Shown one piece after another: positions 35,601-47,704 of a stretch of 51,287 nt of DNA. The stretch is from Pelomyxa schiedti. Lineage: Eukaryota; Protista; Evosea. Position numbers and translations under genes: made by a program. A model generated the notes under the pieces. It was not told where the DNA came from. It did no database searches and saw only the letters and a program-made list of their open reading frames with translations. Numbering within the stretch: the stretch's first letter is position 1; each line of letters opens with the position of its first letter. The stretch covers positions 1 to 51,287 of the forward strand of contig JAHLWZ010000907.1 in assembly GCA_020536535.1 (NCBI GenBank). Reading direction: 5' to 3'.

Positions 35601-38213
35601 ACCAACTAGCCCATGCTATACTCCAACAAGTCCAAATTACTCACCCACAAGCCCTGCATACTCGCCTGCAAGTCCTTCATACTCACCCACAAGTCCTCGT
35701 TATACTCCCAGCAGCCCTAGTTATGCTCCAACGAGCCCTCGACAGGCGCCTGCTGAGCCCTTCCTTGATTTAGACCGGCCGAACAGTCCAGCGTCCTCAG
35801 CATGCTCAGCATCTGAAGGAGAACAAGATTACGATGAGCCTCCTCCACCTGAGCCGCCAGCAGAGCGCCCACCAGAGCCACAGCCAATCCCCATAAAAAG
35901 GTTAGTAGCAAACCTCTTTCTTTGTCTAGAACTGTACTCACTTCTCATATGCATATGTACAGATCGCTGATCAGGCGAACTAGTATCAGTAATCTCAGTA
36001 GTCTCATGCCTCAAAAGGAAAAATTGGAATTGCAACCTGAGCCAGCAGAAGAAGCCGAGGCTCCTTCACTTCGATCCTCTGCTCTTAGGATGCACAAATC
36101 AACTTCTATAGTCACGAGCCCAATTCTGGCCCCTGTTATTAAGCACCAGCGATCAAGGTCTCGAGCCGCCAGCCCAATCCGAGCCCCTGACATGGATATG
36201 ATGATGGAGCGCCAGAGTGAGCGCGAGCCGGACCGCGACCGTGACCGCTGCCGCGATGCTCCAGAACGATTGGATCGGGCTCCTCCAGAAAGGGATGATT
36301 ACAAGATGTTGCGGGATATGGAAATGGACAGGGCCAGGTCCAGATCGCGCTCCCCACCGCATTCCCCTGAACCAGAATGGCGGGATGATGACTTCAGAGC
36401 CCGGTCTCGTTCGCGCTCCCCGCCGCGGCATTCTCCTCCACCCAGGAGGTACGAAGACCGCAGAAGAATGGAAAGGGATGCGAGGCCCAGGTCACCCCCT
36501 GTTGCACGCTCCCCATCACCTCCAAGTCCATATCACCGCGATGACCGCTCTCCTCCCAGACATTTCCATCACGCTCATCATTACATGCGCGCTTCTCCTC
36601 CACGCTCCCGCCGTCATGCACGAAGGCGCTCAATGTCGAGCTCATCGTCCAGTTCTTCATCTTCTCGCTCCCGTTCTCGATCTCGATCACGCTCTGGGTC
36701 GCGACCAAGACGGAGGCCCTCTCCAACACTGCGACGCCCTTCTAATATTGGTGCAGTCAGTCCACAGAGGATTACGGCGAGCTTCGGACCCACAGGTATT
36801 TCCTTTGTGGGTTGCTCATAGCTTGCTAACCTGTGTAAGCATTGCACTATGAGCTGAAGGGGATACCTTTACCTGGGAACGTGGTTATTTCTTTCCTTGA
36901 ACGGTCTGAGGGACCACAGTACATTTCATTGTGCCTGTTGGACTCCACTGGGTGCGATTTCTTTTCTCGTTTCTTTCGGAAGCTAAATTTACAACAGGCA
37001 GATGGCAAAGGAGGCATATAAATCCCTTCTTGCCGTTGATGCTGATCTTGAATCACACATGGAGCAAATAAGCACTCTCTTGCACTTCCAAAGTTCTTCC
37101 GTTTTCCGAATCAACTCCTCAGTAACACACCTTAGATGCAACCCAAGATGCAGTCAAGGCAGTGACTAATTTGGCTGAAGCGGGAGTTGCAGACGCCCAA
37201 ATCCTGAGACTTGCAGCGTACAAACTGATGCAATTCAAAGCTTTTGACTGCTGTGTGGATATTTTTGAGAAAATACTTGACATAAGGTTACCTTTTTCTC
37301 CCTTTTTTTTTTTTCATCTCTAACAACTGGCGATTAGGAGCGAAGAACCGCAGGCATACCGGGACCTAGCACTGGCCCTTTTGGCACGAAACAACCTTGA
37401 TGATCTACCCAGGGTTATACACCTGCTGTGCCAGGTCATAACCCGGAAATGGGATATCAGATTTCACCAGGTGGAAGTTGTGGCACTCACCGAACTCTGC
37501 AATGCATTGTCCTACACAACATCCATTGCCAATAGCACAGCCGGCGTTACTGCGGCTGTTGCTGCTTCTGCTGCCGCATGGTCGGAGGAGATGATGATAT
37601 TGAGGAATATGATGCAAGTGCCTCTCAGGAGCCTGCTGGTTGATTTGAGAGTGGTGCTCGAGTGGAACATGGATGTTGTAAATATGGAACTCCACGTAAC
37701 TGAGGTTCTAAACTCCTCTCATAACACCCCGGTATTAATCCATGTGTTGTTGATTTAGCCAAGCGGAGAAACCGTTACTAGTTTCCACAATCACTCTCTC
37801 TTTGGAGGTGCGGAACTTACCTATTTTGAGAGTACTGACTAACTAACTAACAATAACTCAGGAATGTTGTCGCGAGACATGGGGCAGGGATATGGCCCTG
37901 TTGAATACCTTATTTCAAAATCAATGCCCGGTGCATACACAATAGCAGTTCAGCTATTTTCCGCTGGTGGAAAAACCGTTGTGTATGTTCTCCCTTCCCT
38001 CACTCAATTCCGCCTGTTTTCCTATATCTATTCTTTCTCCATCCTTTATTTCTTGCTACACCACTAATCTGTAAACAAAGACAACCGGTGACTGCATGCG
38101 TGAGCATCTACACATATTTCGGGAATGTGGAAATGCAAAAGATGGAGGCCCACGTGGTGCAACTGCGGACCGACAGGGAACAACGCACAGTTGCAACCGT
38201 TGTGTTCTCCTAA
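32617..38213 (+). CDS. VIT - vWA-like - [CTD-like heptads + RS region] - TPR - DUF2135 protein, many introns
   Basis: VIT: [54 protein letters not shown]. vWA-like: [11 protein letters not shown] (MIDAS DxSxS), [14 protein letters not shown]. Then [28 protein letters not shown]: VTNLAE...[11 protein letters not shown]...[24 protein letters not shown]2135-like: DLRVVLEWN...ELHVTEPSGE...[18 protein letters not shown]...PGAYTI...IYTYFGN. The start is unresolved. Confidence 0.85.
35617..35742 (+). repeat. Six tandem 21-nt units encoding Pol II CTD-like heptads
   Basis: Translation [42 protein letters not shown]. Confidence 0.95.
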
Positions 38214-38767
38214 TGCCAGTGCCAGTGTTACCACCAATGTCTGTATGGTTGTTAAAAGGTTCTTATCATTTTTGTCACCCTTAGAGTTTACTTTGGTGGG
38301 GGGCATTCACAGCTGAGGAACATCTTCCTGGCCCCAAGTTGGGGGGTTGGGGAGCGTGTCACACCAAGTTGGGGCGATGAAGGGGGCGTAGCCTTCTTTG
38401 GCATGTGGCATTCAACGAGTATCGTTTGAGTTGGGTTGTGCCCACATTCACAAGGGATACCAGATCTTCGTCCCACAGGAAGCAAAGATCACAGTCCCAA
38501 AATTAAAAAAAAATTAAAACAAAAAACAACTCAAGCGTCGTACGAAGTAACGCAACACGCCGCGTATCGTCCAACGGGCTCCCGAAAAGACTACCAGCAA
38601 CAACGACATACAACATCGCAACGCACGCACAACTGACGGAAACGCCAAGCGTAACCAGCACCACACCGTCGCCCAGATCGCAGTCAACCACCAACAGCCC
38701 CCCCCTCCTCCTCGTCAACAACGCCCCCGTTGGTGTTAGTGGTGGTGGTGGTGATTCCTCGCCGTCG

Positions 38768-41700
38768 ATGATGGCCACGTCGCCTACGATGCCGCCGGTG
38801 GCGCCGCCTCCGCCGCCTATGATTACAATGAGGCAACACCATCAGCAGCAGCAGCAGACGGGCGGTTGCGGGGGCGTGGGGGGGGCCAGGACGGGGTGCT
38901 ACCCGCACCCTGCCCATCACGCGTACCCGCCCCCGCTGCCGCAGTTGCATTTGACGAAGCACCAATTGCCTCCGATGACGCAACAGAATCAGCAGCAACT
39001 GTTGTTGTTGGACGTCGGTGGCGGCAACACCAGCGGGATCGGGATCGGGATCGGGATTGGGCCGCAGTGCTGTTGTTATCCATCGTCGTACAATCAACAG
39101 CAGCAGCCGGGCAGATTGAGTGTACCACCGCCTGCGACCTTGCAACTGCAACCAGGAATTGCATTTATGGGCTCTGGTACTAATAATGTTGGAGGGGCCA
39201 GGTGCTGCCTCACAAGCCATAGACGACAATCACTGTAAAGCCGCACTCTCTCAATCATAACGAATTCATAAGTTCCCGTTTTTTTCATTAATATCCTTCC
39301 AGTGTAAATAGCAGTGGATCTATACAAACTCCACATTGTGCTCCTGTATCACCAACACATTCACCATTACACACTCCCATGGCATCACCACCCACTTCCC
39401 CCTCCCCGTCACCAGCGGACTCTCCTCAAACTCCCCCCTTATCACCACGATTTTACCAAACTCAAGCAAACTTTACTGTAAACACAATGGCCAGCTCAGC
39501 TACATTTCCCGGCATGGCAATAGGATCGTCTCGGAACAAGGTCATCACACTTTACTCCTTATTACAACGCTAATGGTCAAAATACAGCTAACGTCTTCTG
39601 GTTACATTGTTCCTCCATCTCAACTCTCAAACCTTCCTGTTTCCCCTCGGCACCAGCAGCCCGACACAACACAGACAGCCATACAACATTCACTCTCAAC
39701 TGAACCCCAAGCACAAGTGATGCAAGCTGAGTGTAACACTAGCGAAACCCACCCTCCAAATGAGGCACCAACACTACAATCAAGTGATTCTAAGTTAGAA
39801 GTAATGAAAGCAGTAGAGCAACACTCATCACTTCAAAATGACAGATCAGTGCACAGACTATGTAGTTCCATCTGTAATCCGACTTCTAACAAAGCCTTCC
39901 ATAGCGGGGCGATCGAAATCCTGCAGCAATTTTGCTATGCTAGAAAAAGAAAACCCGCAGGGAAACACTGAAAGACCACATATACCAGAGCAATCTCCTC
40001 CTCCCAGACCCCTGTATACAGTCTCTTTTCCGTCGTCAAACAAGAACAACGATACATCCCCACCTCTGCCCTCTTCTCCACGATTTCTTCCCTCTACTCC
40101 ACCACCACGCCCTGCACCACTACCCCAGTTTGGAGCTCCACCACCCCCGCCACTGATCGCAGTCTCTACACCTGCCCCAATTGCTATGGCGCTTCCAGCT
40201 TTACCAGCTCCACTTCCACCTACCCCAATGAAAGCGCAAATTCAACAGCAGCAACTTACCCCCGCAGCTCCAACGCGAAGGGCACCATCACCCCAGGCAC
40301 TGTCCCCCCCGCCACTACGTTCTCCTACACTTTCCTCTCACCCAACACCACCTATTGATGACGATGTCTTATCTATTCTTCAAGCTCCTGTCCCATCTCC
40401 TCCAACTTCTCCCCCTGTTCTTCAAATTCCAGACCAAATTGGAACACAAGTTCCAAGTCTATCCCTTGCGCCTCAAACAAGTAGTCCACGAACACTCTCT
40501 GAATTGGTGAATTCACCAAGGAAACAAACAACCTCTGATGGTATGTACTCTCTTGCGTACACATTGTCGTAATAACTCAACTGTTTAGGTCGAGGTAACG
40601 ATTTGACTCAAATTGCTTATCGGGTATCGCGAGTAAATACCCAATCATCAGGGAAAAGTGCCACACTCCATAACCGCAGCACAAGCCACGACAACAGCAT
40701 GCTTATTCTTCGTGTAGTTGTAAACACTGACAATACTGAGAACTCACAAATGAAACGATTCCCAAAAACTATGCTTGTCAGGGATGCAATTAATCAGTGC
40801 AAGCTGCAAATGTTGAATCCAAGTGCGAATGGTATTTCCTGTTTCCTCTCTGACAGAAAACAGGTCTTGCAAATTGCCGCTTCAATTTTCTATTCAAGGG
40901 CAGCAGTCTCAATCCTCACATTCCCCTTGGGGACTGTGGTCTCTATCACACGGTTAGTTTGCCTGCAAAAAAAAAAGTCTTACTAAGGTTTAGGATACTG
41001 TAAATATGGTTGCTGAAGATGCTAGCAAAGTTACATCACTCTATCTTGATGCAATGACCCCCAAAAAAATGGAGAACATCAGCCAGATACACCGAACTGC
41101 CATCAAATCTGGAGTCCTTACCAAACACAAAAAGGCGGCAAATAAATTTACCGACCACCAATCAAGGTAGTTTTCAACTCCATCGGCGTGTGGTTTTCTG
41201 TTCTTACTGCAACCAAGGTGGTGTGTGCTGAATAACAACACTCTGTACTATTTCGCCAATCCCCGGGTACATTGTTTCAATCCTGACACTTGAATTCATC
41301 TCAAAAAAGGACCAAATGCCTGTAGGGCAGCTCGACCTTGAGCATGCCTGCGTGGAATTCCATTTTGATGATCCTGTAACAAGCCCTTTCTTTTTTTTTA
41401 CTATACACTCTAATTCCCTGGAAGATACCAAAGGAGCGAACAAGATTCACAGTAGAATTGCCTTCTGGAATTGTTTATTACTTTGATGCAGACAGTGAAA
41501 CATCAGCCAAGGTCAGCGCTTTTCCATACAATCAAACAGTATTCAAACAATTAAAAAAAAAGAGTTGGCAAGCTGCAATTTTCCAAGGAAATACAGAACA
41601 ATCCCGCTCAACAGTATTCCCTTCATCCAATCGCACAATTAACTTCCTTCTTAGACCCAGAAACCTAAATTCGCCAGTTTTGTCATTAAAAAGCAAAAAA

Positions 41701-43946
41701 CTTTGGTATCATCTGTTGGTATTGGCACTCGCAAGTAAAAATTTACTGCACACATACTTGTCTTATTTTATTAGGTGGGCAGTTCTTTCTTCTCCGAACA
41801 TATACCTCTTTGATAGCCCAGCAGTATGTATCATTTGACTCTACTTTCCTTTCATAAAAAGTACCTTAGGATCGGGAGCCATCATCTGAAGTTGATGTAT
41901 TCTCAGCGCAAGTTTCTTTCAACGACGAAAGAAGGGAAATTAACTTCAGTACTTTCACCGAGTCGTTCTCCTTTACTATAGAATCAGACTCCTCTTTTAG
42001 AGTATGATATCAACCACAATTTTAGTTATTGAAGAAAAAAAGGAGTGGAAGGGCGGAATGAAGATTCTCCTTGGAGACTTATTTACCGATGTTTGATGAT
42101 TAGACTCCATTCCTAGATTAATTGCTTGTAGGATTCTTCTGAAGGCGTTACTTCTGTCTTGCATGAAGGCTGGTTACTCAAAAAGAAGCACACTAGAGGT
42201 TTAGTTATCTCGAACATAAAAAGAAGGTCCATGACCGCCTTATTCCTACTTTTATAGCACTCAATCAAGTAGGTATTGCAAGCTGAGTGGCCATCGTCTT
42301 TACTATATGGCATCACCTAGTGACATTCGCCCTCTAGGATTTTTCGATTTGTATCATTCTCAGGTTTGGCACAACTGATCGTTTGAGAGCCTAATGTCAT
42401 AAGGTAACATTCTATGATGAGGATGAGGAGAACCGCGCTCAAGTACAACTTGCTACGCATGGAGGTTTGTATTCTCTCTACCACCCTGACCCTGGAGGCT
42501 CTTTGAAGGTTTCCCTCCTTCTTAAAAAAGGAATCTAATGAGTTCATTAGGAATGGTCAGCGGCAATTAGAGCACAATGTGTGGGCGTTCCTTTCAACGT
42601 TGTTCACAAACAATGTCTTGATATCAATCTGCAATGGGTTGGAGAACCTCTAAGCTTGTTTGAAATTCAGAATGAACTTGGCAAAGGGTAGAAGAATCGT
42701 TTGCTACCACAACCCTCTTATAATATGAATAGAGCGTATGCAACGGTTTACAAGGCAAGACATATAGATTCAGGTATTCAATTTTTGGGCTTCCTTCCGA
42801 AAGTGACAATTGAAATATCGCCGTAGGTTGTGTCATGGCAATCAAGATTCTCCCGATAGAAGGTAATATGGAACACATTCAAGAATTGCAGTCCGAAATC
42901 GATGTATTAAAGAAATGCAGGTTCGTGTTTATTCTAAATTTTGCTCTCCAATAATCGTGTGGAGGTCTCCACAAATCGTTTCATATTTCGGCTCTATGGT
43001 CTCTGGAGATGACTTGTGGGTGAGTTTTTATCCCCTTTGCGGTCAAGAATAAAATATCAAGATCATGATGGAACATTGTGGGTGTGGCTCCGTTAAAGAT
43101 ATGATGAAAGCTGCTATGGATACACTCTCAGAAGCACAACTCGCTTTCATTTGCTGCGAAACTTTAAAGGGATTAGTGCATCTACACTCAATAAATGTTA
43201 TTCACCATGACATCAAGGTTTTCATCTCAACTCCATTCACTTTAATAACTTTTCCAAGGCGGGAAATATCCTTATAACAGAAGAGGGGCAAGTAAAAATT
43301 GGTTTGTTCTTAACCTTCTTGAAACTAATTGTAACGTTCCCGTACAGCGGACTTCGGTCTTTCTCAACAGTACCAAGACATCCACAGCGTTAAAGCGGAG
43401 GACTTTGTAGGAAGTCCGTTGTACATGTCTCCTGAGGTGCTGCGGAAATCCAAGTACAATGCCAAGGTGGTAGTTCCTTTTTTCTTTTTTTTCGCACTTA
43501 CTTTCACAAGACTGATATATGGAGTCTGGGTATCACAGTGATAGAGATGGCTGAAGGGTCTCCGCCAAATATGCGTATGTGTAGTTTTGAACAGTTACTT
43601 GCAGCCATAGAACGTGCACCGCCCAAGTTTGCCAAACCGCAGTTCTGGCACAAGGACTTGATCGACTTTGTTTCCAAATGCTTAACTCGCGAAGTAGACA
43701 CCAGGCCCGACGCAATTGCCATGCTTCTCGTAAGTCACCTCGGAACCTTCCCCTACTAATTACCCGTTACAGCATCCGTTCCTGCAGCAAAACGGCGGTG
43801 CCAATTCCATCAAGGGCCTTGTATCAGCCGCAATCCGCAGAAGAGACGCCGCGTTATCGGCTGCATCAACCACAACCACCGGAACACCTTCAACAACATC
43901 AACAAATCCTCAGGCCTGTAGTAGTACAACAAACTCTTCATTCTAA
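38768..43946 (+). CDS. Ste20-family Ser/Thr kinase with Pro-rich N-terminus, ubiquitin-like domain and tandem PH domains
   Basis: Kinase exons: ELGKGAYATVYKA, MAIK, SEIDVLKKCRSPQIVSYFG, IMMEHCGCGSV, IHHDIKAGNIL, ADFG, FVGSPLYMSPEV, DIWSLGITVIEMAEGSPP, HPFL. PH-like: KSGVLTK...RWCVLNNNTLYYF, RWAVLSSPNIYLF. Ubiquitin/RA-like: LILRVVV...QMKRFPKTMLVRDAI. Joining the 5' exons into one gene is inferred. Confidence 0.85.
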
Positions 43947-44151
43947 CCCTAAGTACAACCAAAGCCACTATCCCTAACCTATAGAACACAACCACTTTAG
44001 CATCCCTCCCAGATTGTATCCTTATGTTACTCTAGCAGTGCCATTGTGCCCATCCACAAAAACCAAGTTCCTTACAAAAAATGTCCTGGTATGCAAGGGA
44101 AAAGTTTTGTGGATAAAATTAAAAACGAAAAATGTTTGTTGACTAGGGTTT

Positions 44152-47100
44152 TTAGAAATATTCTACTCTAAACACGGAGTTGTACTCCTCGTGAGGGAGA
44201 GGTGCCTCAGGGGTGGTTGATTCTGGTTGGTGTGTGCTTATGTCTACATTGAGTTGCTTGGCTACAATGTGGTTCATGAGGTTGGCGAACTCCGCCGGGT
44301 CGTTGATGGTGAATCCGCTTTGCAAAAGCGCACTTCTGTAGAGCAGCTCAATGGATAGCCGGAGTGTGGGGTCTTCTTTGTCGGCCTGTGGGTTTGGTTA
44401 ATGGAGTGGCACGCAGTGAGGGTGCGGATTGTTTACCATCATTCTCTTGTGCATCTCCTTGATTAGAGGGTGTGTGGGGTTGATTTCCATAATTCTCTTG
44501 TTCGCGGCGTAGTTGGAGGCCATGGATGCGGCGCTGCCTGCTAGGGTCTGTGACTTCATGATTTTCTCCATGTTGGCTGTGAGGCCGTATGCCGTAGAAA
44601 CAAGGATTGCGGGGGATGACTCGAGCTTCGTTGAAACCACAACCTTTTCAACCTGACAGAAACTGAGAAAACGGCAACGGAAATTGGGGACTCCTACGTC
44701 GTCCTCGAGGGCTTCCTCAAGGAATTTAGTCAGCTCTTCGAGCTCTTCCTTAACCTCTTTCTGCTTGTCCTCGTCATCAATATCGAGCTTTACTCCTTGA
44801 AGATGTAAGTAGCACATTTGCAACGTCAAGGACTTACCATCACGACCAATGTTGACGAATTTATATTTGTCAAATTTGGCTAACCCGCCAAACATTGGGC
44901 TTGTAAGATATTCATCAATTGGATCAGTCATCAACAAAACCTGCGTTGACTGTGAAAACTAGCCAAAAAAATAGACAAGTAACCTCATAATCGTTCCGTA
45001 CAAGTCGCTCAATTAAAGGCGATTTGGAGATCGTCTCTGCATTGTCCCCAACTACGAGGTAAATTTCCTTTTGCCCCTCCTTCATTCGGTCTATGTACTC
45101 GTCAAGGGATATGAGCTTTCCCTCTGAGAAGAATATTAGTGGGGCGGGGGAAAAAAAGCTCACAAACCAGACTTCGTTGAACGGAAAAGAAGAAGCTTAG
45201 ACAATCTATCTTTGTGGGCTGGGTCCTCCAAAATGCCAACCTTGAGAGGAAAACATTAGAAGAGAAATGATTGCAGGCGATCTATCTACCTTGATATTAA
45301 CTCTGTAGTTGTCATAGAACTTTTCGTATTTCTGTCTGTCATTTTTGAACAGGTCTTGGAACATTGAAATTGACTTGCGAATGAGTTTCTTCTTGATTAC
45401 TTCCAGAGCTTGGGACTCCTAAAAAAGAAAGTATAAACCCCAATGCAGTGACAAGATAAACTGATACCTGAATTTGTTCTCGGGAAACATTGAGAGAAAT
45501 ATCGTCAGAGTCAACAATGCCCTTGATGAACCTAAGGTACGAGGGCATTATTTCGTAAAAATCACCTGAGGACTCATGATTAATGGTGTGGGATATGTCA
45601 TAAAGTAACTCATACCAGTAATGAAGACTCGGCGAACGTACAGTTTAATATTTTGCCTGTGTGATTCAGGGTTGGGATCCCAAAGTTTCATGGGAGGAGT
45701 TGCAGGGATGTAAAGGAGTGCTTTGAAGTTAGCATCACCTTCCACGCTGAAGTGTGCTCGGGCGATGGGTTCTTCTTCCTCCTGTGGATTGGTTTGTGTG
45801 GTCAATTTTTGGGATTGTTATTCACCTTGGTTAAGGCCTTATAAAAGTTGTTATATTCCTCTTCCGTGACTTCTTCAGCTGGTTTGAGCCACAAGGGCTT
45901 GTTGTCGTTGAGTCGCTCCCAGGACCACACTTTTCTTGTTTCAGTTTTCGTCTTTGGCTTTGCTTCCTCTTCTAAGTATGCTTTAATAAGAAAAAGAAAA
46001 AGAAATCAAAGGGAATACCAGTTTCCGTCTGTTCGCCAATCGGTAACTCTTCTTCTACATCGTCCTCATCCTTTTCAACAGGAACTTCAAACTCTTCATC
46101 ATGTGCGTTCCAAAGGTAGATGGGGAAGTTGATGTATTCACTGTATTTAATGGCGAGAGCCTATAATAATCGCTTTAAGGGAAGTTAGAACAGGAAGGAG
46201 ATAGTAACCTTAATTGTTTCAGGATTGAGAAACTCAGAACTCTGTTGATTGAGAAGAAGGGTGACTTTGGTACCACGACCTAATGTGTTTCCGTGTGGAT
46301 CCTTAGTCACAGAGAAACTACCCGCAGCCTTGGATTGCCATATCCACCTACCAACGTTAGAGAGGTACCAAGATAGGTGTGAGTTAACTGATCTGGGTCT
46401 GCATTCGACTTAGATGTCACAGTGACAACATCTGCAACAAGGAAGGCAGCATAAAATCCAACACCAAACTTTCCAATAAGTGTCTTTTCGTCACCCTTCA
46501 TGAACTTCTCGAGGAATTCTACAATATGTCAACGTACAAAAAGAATGAGCCCACAGAGGAATACCAGTTGTTCCTGACTGAGCCACGGTACCAAGATTGG
46601 CAACCAGCTCTTCTTTTGTCATGCCAATGCCCTTATCAGTAATCTCAATGACACCGGCTTCGGGGTCAATCTTGATCTGGGGCAACAGGTGAGGCACACA
46701 TTTACACTTTATGGAAAGCACACTTTTATATCAAGGTTAGAAACATCACCTTCCCCCAAAACTGAGGGGTCCGTCAAGGACAAGAACCTAATCTTGTCCA
46801 AAGCCTATGTGTAGTTGAGTGCAAGTCATCATCGCACCAATGACATACATCCGAGCCATTGCTCAACAGCTCCCTCAAGAAGACTTCCTTGTTTGTGTAT
46901 AAGGAGTGAACAATAATATTCATGAGTTTTGCCACTTCCGCCTGGAATGCGTATGTATTGGCTGCATCGCGCATTCTTCGCTGTTCTTCAATGCTATACC
47001 CGGAATGTGACATGGCTCTCTCCTCCCTTCTCAAGTAAGGCCAATTGATAACTGGGATTTTTCGTGAAGGGGATCACCTTTCCGCTACTTCGGCGTCGGT

Positions 47101-47352
47101 CATAAGAGGCACTTTGCCACCTTTCAGGTCTACATTCAGTTCAACCTCGTCGTCGGCATCCTCAGTAGCATCCTGTGCCTGTGTCCTGCCAAACAAAAAC
47201 AAACTTCCAAACACTACAACACGGAAAACAAAAAGACACGAAGGAAGAGACGATGAGCCGAAGGAAAAAAAACCTAGCACACAAAAAAGAGCGTTACCTA
47301 GGGCCGATAAGCCGAGCACGATCAATAGCCTCTTGTTACTCCCTATCTTCAT
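44152..47352 (-). CDS. HSP90B1: ER Hsp90 (GRP94/endoplasmin), multi-exon
   Basis: Spliced signal peptide [31 protein letters not shown]; [12 protein letters not shown]; [30 protein letters not shown]; DKGIGMT; IGKFGVGFY; [10 protein letters not shown]; [11 protein letters not shown]. No C-terminal MEEVD. Confidence 0.95.
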
Positions 47353-47704
47353 ACGGATCTACGACCACACCCACAACGCGTTGTTTGTTTTCAAAAATGA
47401 ATCGCCAAACACAACGAAACTCGAGGTCAATCAGGCAACGAACGACACGTGTCAGAGATGTTGTCATCGAATTTTCATGAGGAAGTCCCTGAAGACTACC
47501 AGAAACTCCACTCCTCAGTCTCCGAGGCATACTCTCTCTGAACTGCTTCCCGAGATCAGCAGTGATTCCATGTGACCAATCGAGCTTGGGCTCTGAGGAC
47601 ACGTCTAGTCGGAGACATTCTGAATGGAAAAATGTTGATCTCCTTTCCGTCCTTTCAAAAACAATCATAGGAAAAAACAGAAAAATTAAAAAAAACCAAA
47701 GGAA

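Noticed and set aside
35617-35742. RPB1 gene
   Set aside because: No polymerase motifs such as NADFDGD occur nearby. The heptads are internal to a VIT/DUF2135 gene.
43266-43273. ATATCCTT as a U12 intron donor
   Set aside because: It lies within the conserved coding motif GNIL of the kinase.
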